64,000 bases of DNA from the IMG/VR virus record IMGVR_UViG_3300003155_000003. One strand, written 5' to 3'. This DNA comes from a virus. A program made the translations under genes and the position numbers. Shown here piece after piece: positions 44,667-53,413 of this stretch (the stretch's first letter is position 1; the number at the start of each line of letters is the position of its first letter). The notes beneath the pieces are model-generated. The model searched no databases. It was given only the letters and a program-made list of their open reading frames with translations, and was not told the origin of the DNA.

Positions 44667-46141
44667 GTAAGATAATAATACAAAACGGAAATATGTGCGA
44701 ACTTGATTTACCTCTTAAGTTCGCACAGAAACTCTACCAGGAATTTTCAGTTAGACATCCTAATGCTTTCTATTTACGTACAAGGCAAAGAGGTATGCAG
44801 AACTGGGATGGTAAGATACATTATATAAACAAGCATGGTGAGTTTAAGATAGGTTTTCTTCCAGCAGTATATGAAAAGTGTATTGAGTATGGAATTAAAC
44901 CTAAAGTTGTAGATATGCGGAAACCTTTACCCAAAGTCAAAAAGGTAGTTACGAAAATAGGTAAGTATAAATTAAGACCAGAACAAGAGAAAGCTGTAAA
45001 GGCAATTATATCTAACCAGGTAGGTAACTCTCTTTTTCAGATTGGAGTTTTAGATTACACGGTTAATGCAGGTAAAACCCTTATCATGTCATCCTTATAT
45101 TTATCTTATAAGAGACAGTTAAAGACTTTGCTAATAACTAATGACTCTGATTGGTTAAACCAGGCTAGAGAAGAGTTTAAGCAATATCTCCCGGGAGAGA
45201 ATATCACTTTTGTTCAAGGTAAGGTTTTAAACTGGAATAACTTTACGATTGGTATGGTTCAATCTATTTCTCGAAATATGAGATTCTATCAACAGGAATT
45301 ATCTAAGATAGATATGGTTTTGGTAGATGAGGCAGACCAAGGTGGAAGTAAGCAATATCAAAATGTACTTACTCGTTTATTTAATACCAGAGTTCGTATA
45401 GGATTATCAGGTACCATTTATATGAGTAAGCTTGCCAAAGATAAGGTTAAGAATATGAATCTTGAAGGATTCTTTGGCAAGGTAATTGCCGAGTTTAAAC
45501 TAAAGGATTCTATCAAGAAAGGTTACTCAACTAAAACAATCGTAAAGATGGTACCCAGTAAACCTTGGTATGGTAATTGGGAATCCGATTGTATATCTTA
45601 TAAAGAGATATATGATGATTCTATTACCTTGAATAAATATGCCAGAAGAATGGCTTATGCTCGGTTAAAATGGAATATTAACCAAGGTAGATATCCTGCA
45701 CTTGTAGTATGCAAGCATATTGCACATTGTGAAAATCTATATAAGTTCTTTAAAAAGAAACTGGGCGATGCCTATAATATTTCCTATGTGCATGTTAATA
45801 CTCCTTCTAAGTTAAGACAACAAATAATGAAGGATTTTAGGGAAGGTAAGATAGATATCCTGGTATCAACTACAATCATTGCTCGAGGTAAAAACTTTCC
45901 TAAGCTTAAGTACTTACTCAATACCGCAAGTATGGATTCACAAGAAAAATCCATTCAATTCCTTGGTCGTTTGGTAAGAACCGATGAATCTAAAAATAAG
46001 GTATACCTTGATGATCTTCATTATCCTGGAAATTACCTTAGCCGACATGGCAGACATAGGAAACAATATTATCAAAAACAAGAATTGAAAGTTATTTTGT
46101 TAGAGAAGCTATGGAAGAAACATCCTATTCATTCTTTATAA
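44663..46141 (+). CDS. SF2 DEAD-box-type DNA helicase (UvsW-like)
   Basis: Motif I VNAGKTLIM, motif II VLVDEADQ, motif III GLSGT, motif V STTIIARGKNFP and motif VI FLGRLVR. Confidence 0.75.
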   Translation: MSKIIIQNGNMCELDLPLKFAQKLYQEFSVRHPNAFYLRTRQRGMQNWDGKIHYINKHGEFKIGFLPAVYEKCIEYGIKPKVVDMRKPLPKVKKVVTKIGKYKLRPEQEKAVKAIISNQVGNSLFQIGVLDYTVNAGKTLIMSSLYLSYKRQLKTLLITNDSDWLNQAREEFKQYLPGENITFVQGKVLNWNNFTIGMVQSISRNMRFYQQELSKIDMVLVDEADQGGSKQYQNVLTRLFNTRVRIGLSGTIYMSKLAKDKVKNMNLEGFFGKVIAEFKLKDSIKKGYSTKTIVKMVPSKPWYGNWESDCISYKEIYDDSITLNKYARRMAYARLKWNINQGRYPALVVCKHIAHCENLYKFFKKKLGDAYNISYVHVNTPSKLRQQIMKDFREGKIDILVSTTIIARGKNFPKLKYLLNTASMDSQEKSIQFLGRLVRTDESKNKVYLDDLHYPGNYLSRHGRHRKQYYQKQELKVILLEKLWKKHPIHSL

Positions 46142-46177
46142 GAATACCTTACTTAAGTAGACTTATAAGTACTATGA

Positions 46178-46211
46178 GTAATTACTTTTCTCCGTAGGAG
46201 GAAATAATTAC
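46178..46211 (+). terminator. strong hairpin after the helicase gene (no U-tract)
   Basis: GTAATTACTTTTCTCC gta GGAGGAAATAATTAC forms about 15 bp with one bulged C and one G-U pair. The downstream sequence is not T-rich, so terminator function is uncertain. Confidence 0.4.
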
Positions 46212-46256
46212 ATCCTTATTAGGGACATAGGGCATTAAACATTAATACTTAAAACA

Positions 46257-46484
46257 ATGGAATTAACATTACTAATACCAGTAATACTGGGAGTGATTAC
46301 CGGAATACTCTATACCTATTCATCTCAGTATGATTACGATGAATATAAATATCAATGTCATCAATGCAAAAAGAAATTCAGAAAGGACGAATTAAAAGAT
46401 TTAAGAGGTCCTTGGCATATAAAAGATTGGACTTGTCCCAATTGTAATCATCAAAATGTAACACTTAAAAGTTATGATTATTAA
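46257..46484 (+). CDS. small membrane-anchored zinc-ribbon protein
   Basis: An N-terminal TM segment LTLLIPVILGVITGILYTY is followed by CHQCKKKF...CPNCNHQ. Confidence 0.5.
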   Translation: MELTLLIPVILGVITGILYTYSSQYDYDEYKYQCHQCKKKFRKDELKDLRGPWHIKDWTCPNCNHQNVTLKSYDY

Positions 46485-46812
46485 ATTATATAAGAAACTG
46501 GTTAATAAGATAATCGGAGAGGAACTTACTCCTCTCCATGTCTTTAATTGTAATTCATTAGTATGGATATCAAATATACAATCTACTCAGGTAATACCCA
46601 ATGAGTATAAGGTATATTTTGATTTATCTTTCTGTTCAGGACTGCAAGTTAGGGTACTAACTTATACTGACACTCGTTACTCACAACACTTGGGTGATAT
46701 CAGGAAACTATTTATAAATGCAATTGGACATTCCTACTTACCTCTGTATGAGTCGGAATTGAAGATTGGAAATTCAGTTATAAGACTAACAGAAAAAAGA
46801 ATAGATGATTAA
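46474..46812 (+). CDS. hypothetical protein
   Basis: A 112-aa ORF in the gene train. Confidence 0.45.
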   Translation: MIIKLYKKLVNKIIGEELTPLHVFNCNSLVWISNIQSTQVIPNEYKVYFDLSFCSGLQVRVLTYTDTRYSQHLGDIRKLFINAIGHSYLPLYESELKIGNSVIRLTEKRIDD

Positions 46813-46814
46813 TT

Positions 46815-47204
46815 ATGGCAAAGAAAAAACAACAACTTCCTGATTTAACCAAGCAGGATGTCCTTACTCCCTTAGACATCAGTCAGCTGGGAACTAATGG
46901 AGACCCTTGCTTTGGTATTGGGTATGATTTATCTACTAAGGAATGTAAACTATGTGGAGATTCAGAACTATGTGCATTTAAGATGTCACAGAACTTGAAC
47001 ATTACCAGGAAAGAATTAGAACAGAAGAATCAGTACAAAGATTTGGATATACTGGAAGATACAGTTGGTATCAAGAAATACATCCGAGGTTTGATTCGGA
47101 AAGGGAAAGACAAAAAAGAAATTATCTCAAAGACAGTTGAGAAATTCGAAGTACCAAGAAAACGTATTAGAGAACTTTATCGAGAGTGCAATGAAAAAAA
47201 TTGA
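46815..47204 (+). CDS. hypothetical protein (four Cys, basic C-terminus)
   Basis: A 129-aa ORF with GDPCFGIGYDLSTKECKLCGDSELCAF. Confidence 0.45.
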   Translation: MAKKKQQLPDLTKQDVLTPLDISQLGTNGDPCFGIGYDLSTKECKLCGDSELCAFKMSQNLNITRKELEQKNQYKDLDILEDTVGIKKYIRGLIRKGKDKKEIISKTVEKFEVPRKRIRELYRECNEKN

Positions 47205-47391
47205 GATGATATGGGCTATGTTCAAGATATATCTTAACAACCCAAATTATTATGTAAGGCAAGAGGATGTTCTTGCTGATTTGTTTATGGAGGGTGAATC
47301 TGACCTTAACAGATTCTGTCATTCACTGGGAATTTACCCTCAACGAGGATTAACCTTTGGACAACTTTTAAAACAATGTAATATATTATGA
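47191..47391 (+). CDS. hypothetical small protein (start moved to ATG 47191)
   Basis: Track ORF 47137-47391 overlaps the upstream gene by 68 nt. The in-frame ATG at 47191 (MKKIEMIWAMFK...) cuts the overlap to 14 nt. Confidence 0.4.
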   Translation: MKKIEMIWAMFKIYLNNPNYYVRQEDVLADLFMEGESDLNRFCHSLGIYPQRGLTFGQLLKQCNIL

Positions 47392-47924
47392 ACAAATTTA
47401 GATTTATTAAAGTAAGGGAGGTAGTATCTCCCAACAGAGCAAACCCTAATGATGCTGGGTTAGATTTTTATGTACCAACTGATTTATACCCTGATGATAT
47501 TCATGACAAGAACGAATTTGATTCAAATGGGTATATTTTAGATATGCCCTTTAATGAAAATTTCGTAAGGCATATATCTTTAAAACCAGGTCATCGTATA
47601 CTTATCCCATCTGGTATCAAAGGTTTGCTAGAACCTCCTGCATCTATGTTAATGGCAGCAAACAAATCGGGTATAGCTACTAAGAAAGGGTTAATCTTTA
47701 CTGCCGAGATAGTAGATTCTCCATATGTTGGTGAGATACACATTGGAGTATATAACACCTCTCAAGAAATTCAGGTTATAGAAGCTGGGCAGAAGCTGGT
47801 ACAATTTATTCATGTACCCATCTATATCACCGAGCCAGAAGAGATTCAGCAAGAAGAATTCTATACTGAATCTCAAATGTGGGGAAGTCGGCAAGATAAA
47901 GGTTTCGGCTCATCAGGAAATTAA
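47388..47924 (+). CDS. dut: trimeric dUTPase-fold dUTP (or dCTP) pyrophosphatase
   Basis: Motif 1 NDAGLDFYVP, motif 3 AEIVDSPYVGEIHIGVYN, motif 4 GQKLVQF and motif 5 RQDKGFGSSG. Confidence 0.8.
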   Translation: MNKFRFIKVREVVSPNRANPNDAGLDFYVPTDLYPDDIHDKNEFDSNGYILDMPFNENFVRHISLKPGHRILIPSGIKGLLEPPASMLMAANKSGIATKKGLIFTAEIVDSPYVGEIHIGVYNTSQEIQVIEAGQKLVQFIHVPIYITEPEEIQQEEFYTESQMWGSRQDKGFGSSGN

Positions 47925-47941
47925 TAAGAAAGGAGTATATT

Positions 47942-48778
47942 TTGGACATCAGGAATATCAAAGAAGAAGTACCACTCACAAGAGAAGGTACTGAGTTACA
48001 AGAGATGTATTCTCTTGGAATACAACAATTTGAAGGCTACAGGCAAATAGAAAAATTGCCAGAAGCTCCATTGGACGTGAATAACCCATCTAATCAGGCA
48101 ATCCTTAAAGACTTTATTGGTAGAGTGATAGAGGAATTGATGGAGGGTTATGAATCTACTTCTGAAGTAGTTAAGATATGCCATAAGTGGGGATGGAATA
48201 TTGAACAACTTACAGAAGATGAATATACCCAGGTACTCAATCATTTGCAAAATGCCAATGAGGAACAGGTAGATGCCTTGGGATTCTACTTCACTTTATT
48301 TCTCTTTGCTAACATTGCTCCAGAAGATATTCTATCATGGGGAACTAATCATGTAATGGATTACTCAGACTTCAAAGTAAATAACTTGAAGGATGTAATT
48401 ACTCTTGGTATAGCAATGGTTACTGAAGGTAGTATTGGTTTAGTTAATCGGTTTAACATGGTTGATGAAGACCATGAATCCGTAAAAGATTATACTCCGG
48501 GATTCAATACTTTAAGTGAATCATCTCACGAAGAAGAGAAGGTATTATTGTTCAATGTAGTTTACGAACTGAACATTGCAAGAAATCTTCTAAAGTGTAG
48601 GCCATGGAAACAAACCCAGGTAATGACTAAGGAATTAGATTTTCAATATTCTCTGGTAAAAGCTTTCTACCTATATATGGGATTCTTGGGATTACAAGGA
48701 TTTACTCCAGAAGGGTTATTTAGGTTATTCTTTAAGAAACAACGCCTTAACAGATGGCGTCAAAAATCAAACTACTAA
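47942..48778 (+). CDS. MazG-like / all-alpha NTP pyrophosphohydrolase (possible dCTPase analogue of T4 gp56)
   Basis: The paired EExxE/EExxD helices RVIEELMEGYES and NANEEQVDALGFYFTLFLFA are typical of MazG-type NTP-PPases. The track start is a TTG at 47942 preceded by AAGGAG, and an alternative in-frame ATG lies at 48005. Confidence 0.45.
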   Translation: MDIRNIKEEVPLTREGTELQEMYSLGIQQFEGYRQIEKLPEAPLDVNNPSNQAILKDFIGRVIEELMEGYESTSEVVKICHKWGWNIEQLTEDEYTQVLNHLQNANEEQVDALGFYFTLFLFANIAPEDILSWGTNHVMDYSDFKVNNLKDVITLGIAMVTEGSIGLVNRFNMVDEDHESVKDYTPGFNTLSESSHEEEKVLLFNVVYELNIARNLLKCRPWKQTQVMTKELDFQYSLVKAFYLYMGFLGLQGFTPEGLFRLFFKKQRLNRWRQKSNY

Positions 48779-49683
48779 TGTCAGGTTGGAATAGAAAATT
48801 AGAGGGTCTTCAATCTAATACGGAGGAGACCCTCCACTCTTTGGAGTTTGCTACTTCACAAGAGGCATGGGAGAAATTGAACGAGGCTTTCTTAAGATTA
48901 GACCCTGTTCTTTTTGATAAAGGTGCTACTGCAAACAGTGGAGTTGCAGTAGCATACAACGTGTTTATAAAAATACGTAAAGCATGGGTAGACCCAGATT
49001 TTGATTATGGTAGGTGTTTTAATTACAAAGAGACTAAGTGGACGAGCTTATTGAATAATTATATTGATTTTAATAAGTTAGACCTCTTACGTAGCAAATT
49101 AAGACTCCTGAAAAACAAATATAATCAGAATTACAATGTTACGTACATGTTTAATAATCATCATGATAATGGTAAACAATGTCTAATAGCTGCAACATTT
49201 TCGAAGAGATTTGGGGAAGATATACCGGTCATCACAATGGTGGTTCGAGCTTCAGAAATTACAAAAAGGTTAATCTTCGACTTCTTATTAATCCAACGGA
49301 TGGCGGAATATGTGTACGGACCAGAACAGTCGGTACAAATAAATTTATTTGCTACTCAAATGTATGGGAATGTAGAAACCCTTCTGATGTACTCGGCTTA
49401 TAAACCTCTTAAGAAAGTAATCAAGGGTATTGATAATCCATGGACTAAACGGGTTAAGGAAGTATATAAGAAAATCTTGAACGGTACAGAAAAGGAATGG
49501 TCATCATTCAAAGTATTTTTCAGAAGTTTCAAAGTACTACGTCCTGACTTGTATGAATACCAAGCTTTGTTAGCAAAGGACTTGCTATTAGAATATGAAG
49601 ATATAGAATATCCAGAAAATGTGATATCCTATTCTCAACGTAAAGCATATAAGAAGAAACTTTTAAAACAACAAAAGAAATGA
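48754..49683 (+). CDS. divergent thymidylate-synthase-fold paralogue (function unknown; alternative start ATG 48778)
   Basis: GKQCLIAATFSKR...VITMVVRASEITKRLIFDFLLIQRMAEYVYG runs parallel to RIPCSMYYDFLIR...LHICYHQRSSDFAQHFGNDIYLAWRLMEYVAQ of the next gene (Cys ... R-x-S-[DE] ... D ... MEYV). Confidence 0.35.
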   Translation: MASKIKLLMSGWNRKLEGLQSNTEETLHSLEFATSQEAWEKLNEAFLRLDPVLFDKGATANSGVAVAYNVFIKIRKAWVDPDFDYGRCFNYKETKWTSLLNNYIDFNKLDLLRSKLRLLKNKYNQNYNVTYMFNNHHDNGKQCLIAATFSKRFGEDIPVITMVVRASEITKRLIFDFLLIQRMAEYVYGPEQSVQINLFATQMYGNVETLLMYSAYKPLKKVIKGIDNPWTKRVKEVYKKILNGTEKEWSSFKVFFRSFKVLRPDLYEYQALLAKDLLLEYEDIEYPENVISYSQRKAYKKKLLKQQKK

Positions 49684-50450
49684 GGATATACAGCAATTCG
49701 TTTGAGTTAATGTCAGAACTTGGCAGAGAACTCAACAGTTATGGTCAGACTGTAAAACCAAAGACCTATCAGAATAAAAGGATTGAAGGTAATGAGGATT
49801 TTATTACAAAAGAACTCATTTGCCAACAATATTGCTTAACTTCACTCGGAGACCCGGTATGGTTATTCGTATTCTCTCATTCAAAGGAATGGGCAGATGC
49901 CGAGTTTAAAGAAAGAATTGGTTGGTATGATTTAAATCCAGGTAAAGCTTGGGAATTGAGAAAAGATCTATGGGAACAGTTTTTGGTGAATGGTAAGTTT
50001 GATTACACCTACCCAGAGCGTATTTGGAACTCGTTAGACATTTATGGTAGTACTTCTTTTAACTGTGATTTAGCAATGCAATCAGTTATTGAGCTTCTTA
50101 AAAGGGATAATGATACTCGTAAAGCAGTACTTCCTATATTCCATGGTACAGATTTAAGATTCCTTGATGGAAGTAAACGTATACCTTGCTCAATGTATTA
50201 TGATTTCCTTATCCGTCAGAATGGTAAAGGAGAGAAGGTATTACATATTTGCTATCATCAAAGAAGTTCAGACTTTGCCCAACATTTCGGTAATGATATT
50301 TATTTAGCTTGGAGATTAATGGAATACGTAGCTCAAGAAGTAGGTGTAAAGCCTGGTTATCTATATCATACCATAGATTCATTGCATATATACAAAAAAG
50401 ATTGGCATTTCTTAAATACCAATTTGGAAGACTTACAAGAAAAATACTAA
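49680..50450 (+). CDS. thymidylate synthase family enzyme, predicted deoxycytidylate-specific (dCMP hydroxymethylase/methylase-like)
   Basis: Catalytic Pro-Cys (RIPCSMYYDF), YHQRSSDFAQHFGNDIY aligning with E. coli ThyA [17 protein letters not shown], and DSLHIY aligning with GDTHLY. Asp replaces ThyA Asn177. Confidence 0.65.
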   Translation: MRIYSNSFELMSELGRELNSYGQTVKPKTYQNKRIEGNEDFITKELICQQYCLTSLGDPVWLFVFSHSKEWADAEFKERIGWYDLNPGKAWELRKDLWEQFLVNGKFDYTYPERIWNSLDIYGSTSFNCDLAMQSVIELLKRDNDTRKAVLPIFHGTDLRFLDGSKRIPCSMYYDFLIRQNGKGEKVLHICYHQRSSDFAQHFGNDIYLAWRLMEYVAQEVGVKPGYLYHTIDSLHIYKKDWHFLNTNLEDLQEKY

Positions 50451-50452
50451 TA

Positions 50453-50950
50453 ATGAGGGATGTATCTACTACTGGTGGGTATGTCCCTTTTTCTATTTAT
50501 AAATATATGAAGAAAAAACATGTATCATCTTTTCCAGTAATCTTGCGTAAAAGGTTCATGGATAATATACCTGGATTTTCTGGTTATTATGTTTCTAAAC
50601 GAGGTCGGGTATATACCAGAAGAAGAGTTGGATTAGGTAGAAAATCTAAAACTGGTGTTGGAGATTTAAACAGAGTGGGTTATTGGAGGGAATTAACTAG
50701 AATAACTAACCATAAGGGATATTATAGGTTAGTAATACAGGATGATTTCCGTAAAAGACATTATGTACAAGTGTCTAGGTTGGTAGCTTTAGCTTATATA
50801 CCTAACCCATTAAATAAACCATTTGTATGTCACAAAGATAATAATCCTAAGAATAATTTTTATAAAAATCTTTACTGGGGTACTCAATCTGAGAATATTC
50901 AACAATGTGTTAAAGATGGGAGACATCAATCATGCAAACTAGATATGTAA
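50453..50950 (+). CDS. HNH homing endonuclease (start moved to ATG 50453)
   Basis: IPGFSGYYVSKRGRVYT, SRLVALAYIPNPLN and CHKDNNPKNNFYKNLYWGTQSEN. The track ORF (50309) overlaps the upstream gene by 142 nt, and the in-frame ATG at 50453 removes that overlap. The 3' end overlaps the DNA polymerase start by 19 nt. Confidence 0.8.
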   Translation: MRDVSTTGGYVPFSIYKYMKKKHVSSFPVILRKRFMDNIPGFSGYYVSKRGRVYTRRRVGLGRKSKTGVGDLNRVGYWRELTRITNHKGYYRLVIQDDFRKRHYVQVSRLVALAYIPNPLNKPFVCHKDNNPKNNFYKNLYWGTQSENIQQCVKDGRHQSCKLDM

Positions 50951-53223
50951 TTATTAAGAACAAACGTATGCTTAAAAAAGTTATTGAACTATGTAAGTAT
51001 ACCGGATATGCCAGTGTGGATTATGAAACTGATGGTTCACCAATATATAATAAGGGTTTTAAGCCAACTATACTCTCAGTATCCTGGATGCCAGGGTTTG
51101 GTGCTTCCATTCCTTTAGACCATTTCGAAACAAAAGATTATACTTCACCTGGTTGGAATTGGAAAAAGATGCTAAAGAAATTTGGGGAAGAGGTAATCGA
51201 GAATTATGACATTGTAAAGGTTGCATGGAACTGGAAGTTTGATGACCAGATTAATCAAAAGTATCACATCTATTATAGAGGTACTTGCCTTGATGGAATG
51301 CTTGCAAAATATGTTCTCAATGAGGAAAAACCACATGACCTAAAATCAATGGTTAGAAGATATTTACCAGAACATGGAGATTATGAGAAGCAAGATAAAT
51401 TCGATAAGATACCTTGGGATAAAAAAGAATTAGACCCACTTTGTCATTATGGATGTCAAGATACAGATTATACTCTTAGGTTAATGATATTCTTTGAGAA
51501 AAAGTTAATTGACTTAGGTATGTATTCGGTATTCCGTAATTTATTTATGTGTAATTCCCGGGTATTAACCTCGGTAGAGAAAGAGGGTTTATACCTTGAT
51601 ATCAAATTTAATCAAAAACTCCTTGAAGAATACAAACCCAAAATTGATGCTGCAAGGGAAGCTATCTATAATTTACCAAGAGTAAAGAAGTTCACTAAGA
51701 AATATAATCAAGGTAAGATTGAGAAATATATTCAATCAATCGAAGCTGAACTCGAGGAGTTAGATTATAATGACCCAAAAGATAAACGTAAGATTGATTC
51801 TCGGCAACAAAAGATAACTAATATACGTGCAGGGGTATTTACTACTAAGAAAGAACAGGAACTTATAAGACCAGTTAATCTTGGTAGTCCAGTTGATTTA
51901 CCTCAACTAATGTATTCAGATATTGGATTCAAATTTCCAGTAATAAAGGATAATGAATCTGGTAAGCCAAGTACAGATGAAGATACATTAACCGAATTAA
52001 GGTTAACTGTAAAAGACCCTGAATCTCCAAAAGCAATATTTCTTGATAAGATGCTTGAATTGAGAGGTTTAGAGAAAATGTATAAGACTTATATTTTAGG
52101 TTGGTCAGAGAAGGTACAAGATGATTCTCGATTACACGGTAGGTATAATATACATGGTACAGATTCTAATAGGTTTAGTTCTGCAGACCCAAACATGCAA
52201 CAAATACCAAAGACTTCCGTAGACCCAAATATCAAGAAACAATTGGTAGCTCCTCCCGGTTATCTTTATATGGCATTCGACTATTCTCAGGCAGAATTAA
52301 GAATGATGGCTCACTTATCAGGTGATGAAACTTACCTGGAAGCATTCGCTAAGGGAGTAGACCCTCACTTGGGTATAGCAGCAGCAAAATATGGTGTATC
52401 GATCGAAGAAGCAAGTAAAGCTTATGAAGATGAAATGCACCCAGATTATAAATTATGGAAGGTACGAAGGAAGCAAGCTAAACAGATTGCATTTGGACTT
52501 ATTTACGGAATTGGTAATAAATTACTAGCACAGAAGTTATCTGACCCAAAAGCTGGTATTATAGTTACTCCGGAAGAAGCAGCAAAGGAAATGGAAGTAT
52601 TCTTTGGTCAACATCCTAAGATTAGGAAGTTTAAAGAGAAACAAGAGAAATTCCTTCGTAAGCATGGGTATTATACCCAATTATTTGGTACTAAACGAAG
52701 ACTTCCACAAATATATTCAAATGATAAGCAAGAGGTTGCTTATGCAATTCGTTTAGGTCTTAATTTCCCATGTCAAGGTGCCGCAGCAAATATGACCAAC
52801 TTCGGAGCTATCCTGGTTTATTATCTAATGAGGCAAGGTAAACTGCCAATGATGAAAGAAGCTTGTACAGTACATGATGCCGTATATATGTATGCTAAAC
52901 CAAACGATATTAACACATGGACTGTATATACAATCTGGAATATCCTACGTAACCCAAGTACTAAAAGGTATTTCGGATTTCAAGTTGATGATGTTGATAT
53001 GGATATGGACTTTACCATTGGTAGAACCATGGCAGAAGAATTACCATTCATTCCTGGGTATGATTATAACAAGATGTTACAACCAGATTTCTCAGTAGAG
53101 GAATATATGGCTGAACATAAGAAGTATAAGCATATCCACATCAAGCAATTCAAAGAAAGGTTTAATAAACAAATAAAGAGATATGAAAAAGATTTTGAAC
53201 GGACCCACGATATGGCGAGCTAA
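50932..53223 (+). CDS. family A DNA polymerase with 3'-5' exonuclease domain
   Basis: Exo I VDYETDG, Exo II WNWKFDDQ, Exo III HYGCQDTDY, motif A DYSQAELRMMAH, motif B RRKQAKQIAFGLIYG and motif C TVHDAVYMY. Confidence 0.9.
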   Translation: MQTRYVIIKNKRMLKKVIELCKYTGYASVDYETDGSPIYNKGFKPTILSVSWMPGFGASIPLDHFETKDYTSPGWNWKKMLKKFGEEVIENYDIVKVAWNWKFDDQINQKYHIYYRGTCLDGMLAKYVLNEEKPHDLKSMVRRYLPEHGDYEKQDKFDKIPWDKKELDPLCHYGCQDTDYTLRLMIFFEKKLIDLGMYSVFRNLFMCNSRVLTSVEKEGLYLDIKFNQKLLEEYKPKIDAAREAIYNLPRVKKFTKKYNQGKIEKYIQSIEAELEELDYNDPKDKRKIDSRQQKITNIRAGVFTTKKEQELIRPVNLGSPVDLPQLMYSDIGFKFPVIKDNESGKPSTDEDTLTELRLTVKDPESPKAIFLDKMLELRGLEKMYKTYILGWSEKVQDDSRLHGRYNIHGTDSNRFSSADPNMQQIPKTSVDPNIKKQLVAPPGYLYMAFDYSQAELRMMAHLSGDETYLEAFAKGVDPHLGIAAAKYGVSIEEASKAYEDEMHPDYKLWKVRRKQAKQIAFGLIYGIGNKLLAQKLSDPKAGIIVTPEEAAKEMEVFFGQHPKIRKFKEKQEKFLRKHGYYTQLFGTKRRLPQIYSNDKQEVAYAIRLGLNFPCQGAAANMTNFGAILVYYLMRQGKLPMMKEACTVHDAVYMYAKPNDINTWTVYTIWNILRNPSTKRYFGFQVDDVDMDMDFTIGRTMAEELPFIPGYDYNKMLQPDFSVEEYMAEHKKYKHIHIKQFKERFNKQIKRYEKDFERTHDMAS

Positions 53224-53392
53224 ATGCCCTTATTGTGATTGTGAATTCGAATATGATTATTCAGAAGTGGATTCACATACTTTTGCAGATTGTAAATTGG
53301 TTAAATGTCCTGGTTGCAATCGGTACCTTCATCATAAAGACAATGCTAAATCCACTACAGAAGTAAAAAGAGAGGATACTATGACAACATAA
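53183..53392 (+). CDS. small zinc-ribbon protein
   Basis: CPYCDCEF...CPGCNRY. The ORF overlaps the polymerase 3' end by 41 nt. Confidence 0.4.
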   Translation: MKKILNGPTIWRAKCPYCDCEFEYDYSEVDSHTFADCKLVKCPGCNRYLHHKDNAKSTTEVKREDTMTT

Positions 53393-53413
53393 ATAATATA
53401 AATTTATGAAACT

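Noticed and set aside
48754-50450. The idea that the two TS-fold ORFs are two exons or halves of one split thymidylate synthase.
   Set aside because: Each ORF independently contains the Cys ... R-x-S-[DE] ... D ... H/Y-containing C-terminal landmarks, and each has the length of a full TS-family protein. They are better explained as tandem paralogues.
50309-50452. N-terminal extension of the HNH ORF (track start 50309) that overlaps the TS-like gene by 142 nt.
   Set aside because: The endonuclease motifs begin downstream. An in-frame ATG at 50453, just after the TS-like stop codon, gives the compact arrangement seen everywhere else. Comparable 5' trimming was applied at 47191, 53898 and 56778.
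42534-50950. The idea that the HNH genes mark group I introns splitting the primase, thymidylate synthase or polymerase genes.
   Set aside because: The flanking genes are each complete, with all motifs present in single ORFs. The HNH ORFs start on or next to the upstream stop codons, leaving no room for intron core structure. They therefore look like free-standing endonuclease genes.
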